DNA from: Minisyncoccota bacterium
GTDB lineage: Bacteria; Patescibacteriota; Minisyncoccia; Phycocordibacterales; UBA6899
DNA length: 58,340 nucleotides
Assembly (NCBI GenBank): GCA_035583355.1
Contig: DATEZQ010000004.1
Location: forward strand, 1-58,340
Direction: 5' to 3'
This document shows, one piece after another, positions 7,407-16,986 of this stretch; the first letter of the stretch is position 1; every line of letters starts with the position of its first letter. The notes beneath the pieces are model-generated. The model made no database searches, was not told the DNA's origin, and saw nothing but the letters and a program-made list of their open reading frames with translations. The translations under genes were made by a program, and so were the position numbers.

Positions 7407-10047
7407 AATTATAACCAAACTTGCGTATGTACCACGTCTTAATAAGTTGCGTGAGCAACATATACATAATCATCATACCTACAAGAATCGGCCAATAGAG
7501 TGCGGGTAGGCGCACTAAACCAAGATGTTTTGCAATAGGAGAAAACGTCAGCGCAATACCCGAAATAATAACCAATATCGTTGAGATGACGAGTGGTTTA
7601 CTTGCCCAAGTCTGCAAGAATGGAATCTTTCGACTTCGAATCACATGCACAATGAGTGTTTGTGTAAGCAAAGATTCTATGAACCAACCAGTCTGCAAAA
7701 GCGCAGGCGCTTGATATGCATGGAATACGAACCACATCACCGCAAACGTCATATAATCGAATAGTGAGCTGATTGGCCCGATAAAGAGCATATATCGCCC
7801 CACATCACTGATGTGCCATTTACGTGGTTGCTCCACATATTCATCATCGACATTGTCCGTTGGGATCGTCGTCTGAGAAAAATCATACAGAAGATTATTC
7901 GCGAGGATCTGTACTGGTGTCATCGGCAAGAATGGAATAAGCACGCTCGCTCCAAGTACACTGAACATATTTCCAAAATTCGAACTCGCACCCATCTTAA
8001 TGTACTTCATGATATTGCCAAACACCTTTCTCCCCTCAACTACCCCTTCACCCAAGACAGACAAACTCATCTCAAGGAGAATGATATCAGCGGACTCCTT
8101 TGAAATGTCGACTGCGGTATCTACTGAAATTCCGACATCGGCAGTGCGTAATGCAGGTGCATCATTGATGCCATCACCCATGAAGCCCACGACGCAATCA
8201 TTTCTTTGCAGAGACTTCACAACACGTCGCTTGTGGTCAGGCAATAACTTTGCGAAGATCGTCGTTTGCACCACGACCTTATCAAGCTCTTCATCGGTCA
8301 TTTTTTCGATCTGGCCTCCGAGTAGAATTTGCACGTCTCCGTCAAGGCCCACATCATGACAGATCTTCTTTGTCACGAGTTCATTGTCCCCTGTAAGGAT
8401 CTTCACCGCGACACCGTACTTTGTGAGCTGCTTGATAGCTTCGGTTGCCGACTCTTTCGCTGGATCAAGAAATGCCATGAATCCAAGAAGTACAAAATCA
8501 TGCTCATCATCTTTCGCGTAGACCTTCTTTGGATCAGTAATCTTGCGCTCGGCGACGGCAAGCACTTGGTATCCTTCGCTACTTAACTCACGTTCAAGCG
8601 CCCAGATCTTATCGGTGCTCACCTTTTCGAAATCATGCTCGACTCCATCAAGCATATACTTCGTACAAAGTGCGACGACTTCCTCTGATGCGCCCTTACA
8701 GAACATATACTGCTGATGCGCGGAATTTTCTACGATGAGCGAAACGCGTCTACGCTCAAAGTCAAAAGGCAATTCATCGACTTTCTTGAACTCTTCCTTA
8801 AGGTGTTCAATATTCTTATCTTTTCCATGTTTCAACACCGCCCCATCAAGGAGATTCTTAAACCCTGTCTGATAGAAGCTATTAAGAAAGGCGGATCGCA
8901 ACACTGCATCGTTCGTCTCCCCATTAATATCGATATTCTTGATGAGTACGACTTCATTACGAGTCAATGTCCCGGTCTTGTCCGAGCAAAGGACGTTCAT
9001 TGCGCCAAAGTTCTGTATTGAGCTCAGATGCTTCACGATGACTTTTTTCTTTGCCATTGCGATAGCACCCTTGCTCAGGTTCACCGTCACAAGCGCGGGC
9101 AGCATTTCCGGTGTAAGTCCAACAGCAACAGATACCGCGAATAGAAATGCTTCGCCCCAATCGTGCTTACTAAAGCCATTAATGATGAATACTAGTGGCA
9201 CCATGATGCCCATGAAGCCCATCATGAGCCAGGTAAACTTACTTATTCCCTTATCGAAACTCGTCACCTCACGCTCTCCAACGATATCTTTCGCGAGACT
9301 ACCGAAAAATGTGAGCCCTCCCGTGGCAACCACGATTGCACGAGCCGACCCGCTCTCGACATTTGAACCCATGAGACAGATGTTTTGGTACTCAAGCGGA
9401 CTGTCGATCGTAGTACCTGAGGCAAACGTTGCATGCTTTTCGACAGGCAGGGCTTCTCCAGTAAGGAGGGACTGATTGACGAACAAATCCTTGCTAGTGA
9501 TGATACGAGCATCTGCGGGCACGATATCTCCCGCATTGAGTTGAAGAATATCTCCAGGCACCACATGATCAATATTTATCTCTTGCTCAATTCCACCACG
9601 AATAACCGCACAGGTGGTATGCACCATTTTACGCAATGCCTGCGCAGAACTGTATGCCTGATTTTCCTGCACAAAGCGTATGGAAACACTGATGAGCACC
9701 ATGCTGTAGATGATGACTGCAGTCGCGATGTCGGAGGTGAATACCGAAACACCACCGAGCACCAACAGAAGCAGCACCAGTGGATTCAATATAATCTTAA
9801 GCAAACGAATGGGCCAAACCCTGCGCTTTTCGCGCACAATGACATTAGTGCCGAATTTTTGCAGTAGCGATTTGACCTGTTTATTACTGAGTCCATTTTC
9901 ACTCACTTCATGCTCCGCAAGCAGCGTTTCGATGGGGCGCTCCGCAGCGACGGTCAATGAATCGAGGATTTGTGGTTTTGGTTTTTCTCCAGCAACATGA
10001 GTGCGGAAAATCATTGAACGGATTTCATCAAAATAGTGGACTTTCAT
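7405..10047 (-). CDS. mgtA: Magnesium-translocating P-type ATPase
   Basis: CSDKTGTLT phosphorylation site, TGDN and GDGINDAPAL. PFDFERRRVS and a length of about 880 aa are typical of MgtA/MgtB. The track ORF extends to 10128. Confidence 0.85.
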   Translation of the reverse strand: MKVHYFDEIRSMIFRTHVAGEKPKPQILDSLTVAAERPIETLLAEHEVSENGLSNKQVKSLLQKFGTNVIVREKRRVWPIRLLKIILNPLVLLLLVLGGVSVFTSDIATAVIIYSMVLISVSIRFVQENQAYSSAQALRKMVHTTCAVIRGGIEQEINIDHVVPGDILQLNAGDIVPADARIITSKDLFVNQSLLTGEALPVEKHATFASGTTIDSPLEYQNICLMGSNVESGSARAIVVATGGLTFFGSLAKDIVGEREVTSFDKGISKFTWLMMGFMGIMVPLVFIINGFSKHDWGEAFLFAVSVAVGLTPEMLPALVTVNLSKGAIAMAKKKVIVKHLSSIQNFGAMNVLCSDKTGTLTRNEVVLIKNIDINGETNDAVLRSAFLNSFYQTGFKNLLDGAVLKHGKDKNIEHLKEEFKKVDELPFDFERRRVSLIVENSAHQQYMFCKGASEEVVALCTKYMLDGVEHDFEKVSTDKIWALERELSSEGYQVLAVAERKITDPKKVYAKDDEHDFVLLGFMAFLDPAKESATEAIKQLTKYGVAVKILTGDNELVTKKICHDVGLDGDVQILLGGQIEKMTDEELDKVVVQTTIFAKLLPDHKRRVVKSLQRNDCVVGFMGDGINDAPALRTADVGISVDTAVDISKESADIILLEMSLSVLGEGVVEGRKVFGNIMKYIKMGASSNFGNMFSVLGASVLIPFLPMTPVQILANNLLYDFSQTTIPTDNVDDEYVEQPRKWHISDVGRYMLFIGPISSLFDYMTFAVMWFVFHAYQAPALLQTGWFIESLLTQTLIVHVIRSRKIPFLQTWASKPLVISTILVIISGIALTFSPIAKHLGLVRLPALYWPILVGMMIMYMLLTQLIKTWYIRKFGYN

Positions 10048-10119
10048 GGTAGTGCATGCGCTCAGCCTTCGCCGAATCCCTCTAATAATACCATGCCAGT
10101 ATTCACCTCCAAGCACACC

Positions 10120-10154
10120 CAAAAACAAAAACCGGCGCAGAGGCGTCGGTTTTT
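10120..10154 (-). terminator. Intrinsic terminator after ABC-F gene
   Basis: On the minus strand, accgacgc-ctct-gcgccggt (one mismatch) followed by TTTTTGTTTTT. Confidence 0.65.
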
Positions 10155-10155
10155 G

Positions 10156-11610
10156 CTATTTATCAAGATCAAACACTTCATCGATGCGTACCTGATCAAC
10201 AAATGACTTCACGTGCGATACGAGCACCAAGGCACCCTTATAGTCATGGAGTGCTTTTGCGATGACCGGAATATGGCGGAAATTAACGTGGTTCGTCGGC
10301 TCGTCGACGATAAGGACTCCCGGTTTCTGTAGGATAAGCTGCGCGAAGCAAACAAGAGCCTTCTGACCTTCTGAGAGTGATCGAATCTTCGTCTCTAGGA
10401 CCGCACCTGAGAGCAATAGCCCGCCCGCAACCTGGCGAAGCTCCACGTCTACTGGCCTACCCACAAACGCACGCTCTAGGGCCTTGTAGACGGTTTCATC
10501 GGGGTCGAGGGTCGAGAAGTCTTGACGGTAATAGCCCACCCGAACTCCTGGAGCAAATTTCGCACCTTCAGACTTTCCGCTCGCAAGTGTCTCCAAAAGT
10601 GTCGTTTTTCCGATACCGTTTGGACCGACAAGCTGCAAGTGCTGATCCTTCTTGAGTATAATATTCGCAGTACGCTGCACTACCTTGTGATGCTTCATCA
10701 TTGAAAACGCAGTAATCGTTAGCAACGGACCAGAGAGATCCTCCTGCGCTGGAATGACAAATTTTCGAATAGTACGATCCTCTTTACGGACATCGACTTT
10801 ATTCTCCTCCATCTCCTCGATCTCATCACGCATGCGTGCCGCGAGTTTACGCATATTTCCCCCCTTCTGAGCGAAGAAGTTCACTTTCTCTTTATTCTCA
10901 GAGATTTTCTTTGCGAGGCGTGCATTTGCCATATTCTCCTTCTCCACTCGAGCCGCGATATCACGAACTACATTGTGGTAGTTTCCCACGTACTGCTCGA
11001 TCTTTCTCGTATAGATGTCGAGATAGAGCACACCATCTGAAAATGCATTCAAGAAATCCGCATCATGGGAAATGACAAGCACCGTCTTTTCGAAGTTCCT
11101 GAGGAATTCAGTAAGATGTTCGATGCCTGCATGATCAAGGTTATTTGTCGGCTCATCAAGAAGCAGGATATCTGGATCCTGAATGAGCGCAGAAGCAAGC
11201 AAAAGTCTCGCCTGCTGCCCACCAGAAAAATCATTAATGATACGGTCGAGTGGCGCATGGAGATTCACTACCTCGAGCACTGCCTCGATCTTTGGATCAA
11301 TATCATACACTTTATGCGCGAAGCACTTTTCAAAAAACTCTCGCACCGTAAGGTCTAGCTCTTCGCGAGGAATCACTTGACGTGCAATCGCAACCGACAT
11401 ACCACGACCGATATGCACATCACCCTCCTCAGGCTTGAGTCGTCCTGTGATGAGGCCAAAGAGCGTACTCTTCCCCCCACCGTTCTGTCCCATCAAAGTG
11501 ATCTTCGAACCTCGACGTACGGAAAAAGAAACCTCACTCAAGATCGGTTTATTGTGTGCGTATTCAAATGTCACTTCATCAAAGCGAAGGACGACTTCAT
11601 TGGATGCCAT
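10156..11610 (-). CDS. ABC-F family ATPase (two ABC cassettes, no TM domain)
   Basis: Walker A GQNGGGKST and GPNGIGKTT; signatures FSGGQQ and LSEGQK; Walker B LLLDEPTNNLD and LIVDEPTNHV. Confidence 0.85.
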   Translation of the reverse strand: MASNEVVLRFDEVTFEYAHNKPILSEVSFSVRRGSKITLMGQNGGGKSTLFGLITGRLKPEEGDVHIGRGMSVAIARQVIPREELDLTVREFFEKCFAHKVYDIDPKIEAVLEVVNLHAPLDRIINDFSGGQQARLLLASALIQDPDILLLDEPTNNLDHAGIEHLTEFLRNFEKTVLVISHDADFLNAFSDGVLYLDIYTRKIEQYVGNYHNVVRDIAARVEKENMANARLAKKISENKEKVNFFAQKGGNMRKLAARMRDEIEEMEENKVDVRKEDRTIRKFVIPAQEDLSGPLLTITAFSMMKHHKVVQRTANIILKKDQHLQLVGPNGIGKTTLLETLASGKSEGAKFAPGVRVGYYRQDFSTLDPDETVYKALERAFVGRPVDVELRQVAGGLLLSGAVLETKIRSLSEGQKALVCFAQLILQKPGVLIVDEPTNHVNFRHIPVIAKALHDYKGALVLVSHVKSFVDQVRIDEVFDLDK

Positions 11611-11651
11611 AGTAGAAAAAGAAAATCCCTTGCGGGGTTATTCGTATGCGC

Positions 11652-11660
11652 ATTGTAGCA
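11652..11660 (-). promoter_or_regulatory. Extended -10 TGCTACAAT for ABC-F gene
   Basis: The + strand reads attgtagca, 41 nt upstream of ATG 11610. Confidence 0.45.
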
Positions 11661-11713
11661 CGAAAGGGGCATAAAGTAAAGTAACACGCATACCGAAAGT
11701 GGCATGCGTGCGA

Positions 11714-12238
11714 CTATATCTTCCTACTATCATATGCCCAATGTAAGAGCGCCTGGCGCTGACGCTTGCGACAACCAAGGTCGCCTACTCTGCAATTCTG
11801 CGCAATCTGCGCGAGATGGCGACGCATCGCTTTCCAGCGCTTGATCTGGAGTGCATCCTCGTCAGGAATTCTTCGCCCCATATAATAACGGCAATACCAT
11901 TGAAACCAACCACGTGGATCATGCTGCTCATTTATCCAACCTTTCTTTCGCCACTCAACAAGCTCCTGACTTGCACGTACCCCAAAATAATTCAGTGACG
12001 GACTATTGCCAGGAACTCCTATGGGATGGAGGCGCGCTCTCATAAACCAACTTTTTGGAAATTCGTTCACACAATCGCGCATATAACGACCACCAAAAAT
12101 CCCAAGTGCGAGCATTTCACGCGGAGAGAGATCCGGCTTGAATTCTTTATCGAACTGTTTGCCTACGGGCGCAGTACGTACATAACGATAACCATTCTGC
12201 ATGAGGTCTCGCACGATCACTTCATTATTTTTTTTCAT
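11714..12238 (-). CDS. Conserved hypothetical protein (DUF4385-like by recollection)
   Basis: Distinct conserved blocks DPRGWFQWYCRYYMGRR and IKRWKA. No catalytic motif recognised. The track ORF extends to 12262. Confidence 0.4.
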   Translation of the reverse strand: MKKNNEVIVRDLMQNGYRYVRTAPVGKQFDKEFKPDLSPREMLALGIFGGRYMRDCVNEFPKSWFMRARLHPIGVPGNSPSLNYFGVRASQELVEWRKKGWINEQHDPRGWFQWYCRYYMGRRIPDEDALQIKRWKAMRRHLAQIAQNCRVGDLGCRKRQRQALLHWAYDSRKI

Positions 12239-12276
12239 AGGTATATACAGAAAAGCGGCCAAGGGCCGCAGTTCAT

Positions 12277-12672
12277 TTACTCAGAAATCACTCCATCAAA
12301 ATGCTCGTCATCATCCTCCGCTGCAGCTTTCGTATGATGTACTGTTCCATCGCGATGATGTGGGGGCATATACAATGAGTAGAGCTTTAGTGGCCCTGCT
12401 CCTGTATTGATTACATTATGCTTTGCACCCTTTGGGACAATCACCACACTCCCATCACTGATCGCATGGGGTTCATCATTGATAATCACCTTACCTTCTC
12501 CCTCTTCAATGCGGAAGAATTGGTCATTCTCTTCATGAATCTCCTCTCCAATCTCAACACCACGAGGGAGTGCCATCAAGACAAGCTGACCATTATGACT
12601 TGTATAAAGTACTCGACGAAAATCTTCGTTCTCTCGAGTAAGCTCCTCGATATTTGTTATATAGCCTTTCAT
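12277..12672 (-). CDS. Cupin domain protein
   Basis: Cupin motifs (GVEIGEEIHEENDQFF, VIVPKGAKHNVIN), 131 aa, acidic tail. Confidence 0.75.
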   Translation of the reverse strand: MKGYITNIEELTRENEDFRRVLYTSHNGQLVLMALPRGVEIGEEIHEENDQFFRIEEGEGKVIINDEPHAISDGSVVIVPKGAKHNVINTGAGPLKLYSLYMPPHHRDGTVHHTKAAAEDDDEHFDGVISE

Positions 12673-12678
12673 AGAGAT

Positions 12679-12687
12679 ATTGTAACA
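12679..12687 (-). promoter_or_regulatory. Extended -10 TGTTACAAT, 6 nt before ATG 12672 (leaderless)
   Basis: The minus strand reads TGTTACAAT-atctct-ATG. Confidence 0.6.
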
Positions 12688-12742
12688 CAGCGCGAGGTGT
12701 ATAAAAAAGCGACCAGAGAAATCTCCTAGCCGCCTCTAGAAA

Positions 12743-13276
12743 CTAATACAATTCGGGATTTTGAAGATGAATAAGCGCCAGGCGAATCGCCTGCATCATG
12801 TATTCCGAGCGTGTAACGTGCCCCTTGGTGAGTACACCGATTGCTCCTCCGCGATGCCCGAGCTTCGGATCATCAGTAAGCCCACACTCGTGAAATGCTT
12901 TATTGAGATCCACTCCATCTTCGTGCACCATATCCACAACCTTCGAGGGACACTCGAATGCAGATGACAGTCCAAGATGGAACGCATGTCCGTCATAGAG
13001 CACACACGCTGTCGTGACCATCATTCCTGACTTCGCAAGCGGGACAGGAAAGAGTCCGCTCTCAAGCCCAACCGCAATTCCATTTGCGGTATAGGCTTCA
13101 CGCGCGCGATTCCGCGCACCAACAATAATCTCCTCGAGAGATTTCGGTTGCTCGGAAACACCCGATTGCACTGCGAACGAATGTACTGCACAGTCGCGAT
13201 ACTCTTCGTATTCAGACAATACCGCAATCAAGGCGTTGGTTTTCGTTGGATTCGTAGAGCCGATGGCAAAACGCAT
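12743..13276 (-). CDS. yjjX: Inosine/xanthosine triphosphatase (NTPase I-T / YjjX family)
   Basis: N-terminal IGSTNPTK and family-like overall layout. GGAG lies 5 nt upstream of the ATG. Confidence 0.65.
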   Translation of the reverse strand: MRFAIGSTNPTKTNALIAVLSEYEEYRDCAVHSFAVQSGVSEQPKSLEEIIVGARNRAREAYTANGIAVGLESGLFPVPLAKSGMMVTTACVLYDGHAFHLGLSSAFECPSKVVDMVHEDGVDLNKAFHECGLTDDPKLGHRGGAIGVLTKGHVTRSEYMMQAIRLALIHLQNPELY

Positions 13277-13340
13277 AGATTCTCCAATGTGTTTCTAGCT
13301 GAACTATACTCGATTTTACCCAATAATCAATATCAAAGAA

Positions 13341-13646
13341 TCAGGTGCCTGAAACGGATTGACTTGGCAAGACAACAAAAATGAGCACGCCGAGCGCGAG
13401 AACATACAAAAGGAATGTGAAGACCAGCCCCCAGAATCCCAATCGCTCCTGATTGAAACGGGCAAGGAAAAACATGAAGATACACCAGAGTGATACAGGA
13501 GCGATGAGCCAGTAGCTGAGTCCTACATAGAGCCCCGTAATGATTGTAAGAAGCGATGAGAGCACGAGTAATGAACCAAAAAGAAGAAATACCCCAGACC
13601 GCCCCGAAAATGCACTCCCCCCTTCCTTGTGTAGCTCTTCTCTCAT
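13341..13646 (-). CDS. Small integral membrane protein
   Basis: 101 aa with three hydrophobic helices and no other motif. Confidence 0.5.
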   Translation of the reverse strand: MREELHKEGGSAFSGRSGVFLLFGSLLVLSSLLTIITGLYVGLSYWLIAPVSLWCIFMFFLARFNQERLGFWGLVFTFLLYVLALGVLIFVVLPSQSVSGT

Positions 13647-13754
13647 ATCATGCTCTATTATTATACTTATATGCTTCTATTATAGCACGATGGGTGCAAG
13701 CTGCGTTTAGCTCTCCAATAACCCTTACACCTTGCCGAAAACGTCTAAATAAAG

Positions 13755-13760
13755 CATAAT
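13755..13760 (+). promoter_or_regulatory. -10 CATAAT, 7 nt before ATG 13768
   Basis: aagCATAATctcatcgATG. Confidence 0.4.
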
Positions 13761-13767
13761 CTCATCG

Positions 13768-14646
13768 ATGCAGAAATATCTTCGATTTGCTGGAATAACG
13801 GTAGTGCTCCTCTTTGCCCTCATCGGCTTTGTTTTTACGGTCGTCTTCGTCGGGATGCAGTTTGGAGCATTCAACGTACGCGGCTCTATCAAGGAGCGCA
13901 ATGATTTCTTTCAAACAGGTACCACAAAGAAGGAAGCTCTGACAAGTAACAGCACAAGCACTCAAGCGGTCGAGCCTTCATGCGTAAACGGTGACACTGT
14001 TTGTGCCTGGAACGAAACTCGCGAATGGACTGCGGTGTCCGGAGGTCTTGCAAAAGATCAAGCGATTATCAACAAGGTAGCGAAAGCCACCGGCGTCTCA
14101 CCGCGCCTCATCGCCACTATCGTTGTCCCAGAGCAGACCCGCTTCTTTACTGCAGAACGCGAAGTCTTCAAACGCTACTTCGAGCCACTCAAAATCCTTG
14201 GCTCACTGTCGAAATTCTCTCTTGGAGTCTCCGGTATAAAACAAGACACGGCGCTTTTGATCGAGCAATATGCGAATGACCCCACCTCCCCTTTCTACCC
14301 TGGAGACGCGTACGCCCCACTCATTGCATATGAAACTGGCGTCGACCACGACAAGGTACTTTATGATCGACTCACAGACGCAAAAAATCACGAATATTCT
14401 TACCTCTATACGGCACTTTTTGTGAAGGAGATTGCGACACAATGGAAGAATGCAGGATTTGATATCAGTAACAACCCAGGAGCCATTGTCACTCTCTTCA
14501 ATATTGGTTTCAAAAAATCCCGCCCGAACGCGAACCCCCAGCTCGGAGGCGCTGAGATTATCACTGGCGGAAAGACCTATACGTACGGGGAGCTCGGAAG
14601 TTTATTCTTTAGCTCTGCAGAACTAAGAAAGGAGTTCCCAAATTAA
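13768..14646 (+). CDS. N-terminally anchored exported protein, unknown function
   Basis: One N-terminal TM helix, then a soluble domain with no recognised family. Spacing is faintly SLT-like (PEQT...GVSGIK...FNIGF); this is speculative. Confidence 0.55.
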   Translation: MQKYLRFAGITVVLLFALIGFVFTVVFVGMQFGAFNVRGSIKERNDFFQTGTTKKEALTSNSTSTQAVEPSCVNGDTVCAWNETREWTAVSGGLAKDQAIINKVAKATGVSPRLIATIVVPEQTRFFTAEREVFKRYFEPLKILGSLSKFSLGVSGIKQDTALLIEQYANDPTSPFYPGDAYAPLIAYETGVDHDKVLYDRLTDAKNHEYSYLYTALFVKEIATQWKNAGFDISNNPGAIVTLFNIGFKKSRPNANPQLGGAEIITGGKTYTYGELGSLFFSSAELRKEFPN

Positions 14647-14667
14647 AAACCAGCGCCGCTGGTTTTT
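14645..14667. terminator. Bidirectional terminator shared by convergent genes
   Basis: aaaaaccagc-gcc-gctggttttt. It overlaps both stop codons (14644-14646 and 14666-14668). Confidence 0.8.
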
Positions 14668-14965
14668 AAAATCCTCCCCTATGTCTCTCTTCGATTTTAA
14701 TCTTTGACTTCTGCACCGCTGCATCAAGGTCGATATTATAATTATTAGCCACTGTAGCAAGAGCAATAAGCACATCCCCCATTTCCCCCTCAAGATCCAT
14801 GACCTCATCCTTCCGATCTTTATACCCGGAACTTTTGCGAATAGCCTCCGCCATTTCGCCGAGCTCCTCAAAAAGATAAAGTAATTGCAAGTGTGGATCT
14901 GGCCTTGTATTTGAGTGCTGCTCCCAGTCCGTCCGCACCCACTGTTGTAATTCAAGTATTTGCAT
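14666..14965 (-). CDS. MazG-like nucleotide pyrophosphohydrolase
   Basis: EELGEMAEA and EMGDVL helix motifs. The longer track ORF (to 14992) would run into the upstream terminator hairpin, so ATG 14965 is preferred. Confidence 0.7.
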   Translation of the reverse strand: MQILELQQWVRTDWEQHSNTRPDPHLQLLYLFEELGEMAEAIRKSSGYKDRKDEVMDLEGEMGDVLIALATVANNYNIDLDAAVQKSKIKIEERHRGGF

Positions 14966-14971
14966 ATCATT

Positions 14972-14977
14972 AGTATA
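14972..14977 (-). promoter_or_regulatory. -10 TATACT, 6 nt before ATG 14965 (leaderless)
   Basis: The minus strand reads TTGTATACT-aatgat-ATG, immediately after the terminator. Confidence 0.5.
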
Positions 14978-14981
14978 CAAC

Positions 14982-15002
14982 AAAAGCCCCATAGGGGCTT
15001 TT
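14982..15002 (-). terminator. Intrinsic terminator closing the surface-protein locus
   Basis: aaaagcccc-ata-ggggctttt. On the minus strand it is followed by TTTTGTTGT. Confidence 0.8.
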
Positions 15003-15008
15003 GTTGTA

Positions 15009-15914
15009 TTAACGACGCATTATCTGTCTCATCACCTTCTTAAATTGCACCACCGCTCCATGAGCAACACCTGCACGCAAAAGGTGAAAAATAAATGCAA
15101 AAATCACGAATAAACTTATCCACTCCCCCTGTCGCCAAATGGGAACATTTATCCTAGGCGCGACAACCACCTCTCTGACATTGCCCTCTTTATCAATCGC
15201 TCGAATATATATAGGTCTATCAACTTTTTGCCGCTTTAGAAGATATGGGCTCTCTGCCCGAACATACAAACCAAACAACCCTTCGCGAATCTCATAATGG
15301 TCCACACCCAATCCTTTATCCTGCGTCTTGAATACGATGAAGTGCTTACCATCATAGATATTATGATCGTTTGCAATGATCGGAGTAAAGTCCTCTGGCG
15401 GCTCTACATCTAGTTGAGTCATCTTTGCCGGAGCAAGGCTCTCTCCTTCAACAACAAGCGAGAGCGCCTGCATATCGAGCGCACTTGGACTACCACTGCC
15501 ATCATTTTTATAGAGGCGTGCCCCACGAATAGAAATCGTATGTGTACCGACTTTCTTTGCCTTCATACGCAAGGCGAAGAGTTTCTCATTGTTTCCCTGG
15601 AATCCCCCCGGAGTCATTCCTGCAAATGTAATGACCCCAGGTGACACCTCATGGGGAGACTCAATCCAGAAGTTAATTCCTGAATTACCCTCATAAATAT
15701 CCATGCTCTCAAAAACTGTAGCATCATAAATGATCTGACCATCTACTGCGTTTGAATCCTCGCCCGCATCAAGCAACACAGTAAGGATGAACTCGTCACG
15801 GTGACGCACTACGGGGCTTTCTTGCCTTAAATGTAATGCATAAGCAAAAACATATCGAGGAGCGAAGGCTATGATTAGCGCAAGGAGCACATATATGTAT
15901 TTTTTGGTTTTCAT
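15009..15914 (-). CDS. Cohesin-like domain protein with signal peptide and C-terminal TM anchor
   Basis: MKTKKYIYVLLALIIAFAP signal. The block FILTVLLDAGEDSNAVDGQIIYDATVFE...GVITFAGMTPGG...KLFALRMKAKKVGTHTISI matches the cohesin beta-sandwich pattern. C-terminal helix WISLFVIFAFIFHLL. The track ORF extends to 15971 and would overlap the upstream gene. Confidence 0.5.
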   Translation of the reverse strand: MKTKKYIYVLLALIIAFAPRYVFAYALHLRQESPVVRHRDEFILTVLLDAGEDSNAVDGQIIYDATVFESMDIYEGNSGINFWIESPHEVSPGVITFAGMTPGGFQGNNEKLFALRMKAKKVGTHTISIRGARLYKNDGSGSPSALDMQALSLVVEGESLAPAKMTQLDVEPPEDFTPIIANDHNIYDGKHFIVFKTQDKGLGVDHYEIREGLFGLYVRAESPYLLKRQKVDRPIYIRAIDKEGNVREVVVAPRINVPIWRQGEWISLFVIFAFIFHLLRAGVAHGAVVQFKKVMRQIMRR

Positions 15915-15930
15915 ATATTGATGGATTTGA

Positions 15931-16962
15931 TTATGCAGTCCAGCGATACACAAGAATACTGAAATCCACAATATTCACCACTCCATCTTTATTGAGATCA
16001 ACACTTGCGGGTGGAATAGGATTTTTATACCAATAGAGCAAAATGGATAGGTCGACTAGATTCACTCTGCCATCACAGTTCACGTCAGAAACTTTACACC
16101 CTTTCGTATCTTCGAGTACTTGCGCACTTATAGCCGACGAAAAAATTGAGAAATCGACACTACGAGAAAGGCCGCTAAGATCTTGCCCCTCTATTGTGTA
16201 GAGTCGTAGCACATGTGCACCCGGAAAAAGTAGGGATGTATCAATTTTTACTGCATATTTTCCCTGCTTATCAACGCGTGTCTTCAAATCTACGGCGGTG
16301 TTGCTATCAATCAAAGCATAAAGCAACGCGCCAGGTATGGCATTGCCCGAGAGTATCAATGGCTCTTTCTTTTTCACATGCTCTGACGCAGGATACAGTG
16401 ACGGTGCGATAGCAATGCCACTCACCTTAAGTACTGCTCCACTACCTACATTCACTGGAAATCCCATAAGTGGAGATTGAACACCTTTTTCATCAAGAGC
16501 ATATGCTGCGAAGATATAGTTTCCGCTGGAAAGCCCTGAAATAGTCGTCTGAAAAACACCCTCGGCGTTCGTTATTGTTGTTGCAATCGATTGACCATCC
16601 TTAAGCAGGGTCACTGAACTACCAGGATATGACCTCCCCATAAATGCTACTGTTGCGGTGGTAACCACGGGAGCGCCACCGCCTCCTCCACCACCACCTC
16701 CCGATGGAGCATGTGTTGAGCAGTTCAAAGTATTCTGAGTACACACACTCGTACACGTGAGGATACCCGACGCATATCCCAAAGAGGCGCATGTAGCGCC
16801 TCCGAGGTTTGCTCCATCGCACTGTTCTCCTGGCCCAATAACACTATCACCGCAGCCAGGTACGGTTGCGGTGATCTGTACTGCTATCGCCTGACCAATA
16901 CGAGGAGTGATGAGCGTAACGAGAAGAGCAAGAAACAAGAATGTTCTTGATCGGTTATCCAT
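15931..16962 (-). CDS. Secreted Cys-rich-repeat / poly-Gly / Ig-like protein with C-terminal dockerin repeats
   Basis: Signal peptide. CGDSVIGPGEQCDGANLGGATC...C...C resembles the myxococcal-type Cys-rich repeat. G9 linker. Two dockerin segments: DVNCDGRVNLVDLSILL and DLNKDGVVNIVDFSILV. Confidence 0.65.
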   Translation of the reverse strand: MDNRSRTFLFLALLVTLITPRIGQAIAVQITATVPGCGDSVIGPGEQCDGANLGGATCASLGYASGILTCTSVCTQNTLNCSTHAPSGGGGGGGGGAPVVTTATVAFMGRSYPGSSVTLLKDGQSIATTITNAEGVFQTTISGLSSGNYIFAAYALDEKGVQSPLMGFPVNVGSGAVLKVSGIAIAPSLYPASEHVKKKEPLILSGNAIPGALLYALIDSNTAVDLKTRVDKQGKYAVKIDTSLLFPGAHVLRLYTIEGQDLSGLSRSVDFSIFSSAISAQVLEDTKGCKVSDVNCDGRVNLVDLSILLYWYKNPIPPASVDLNKDGVVNIVDFSILVYRWTA

Positions 16963-16986
16963 TATATTTGCAAAAACAAAACAGTA

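Noticed and set aside
7813-10000. Several 85-178-aa + strand ORFs inside mgtA
   Set aside because: They are antisense to a P-type ATPase whose motifs are complete. Their composition is low-complexity.
11611-11660. Attenuator or leader-peptide control of the ABC-F gene
   Set aside because: The only hairpin in the ~41-nt leader is 3-4 bp (CCC-GCAA-GGG). No leader ORF is visible.
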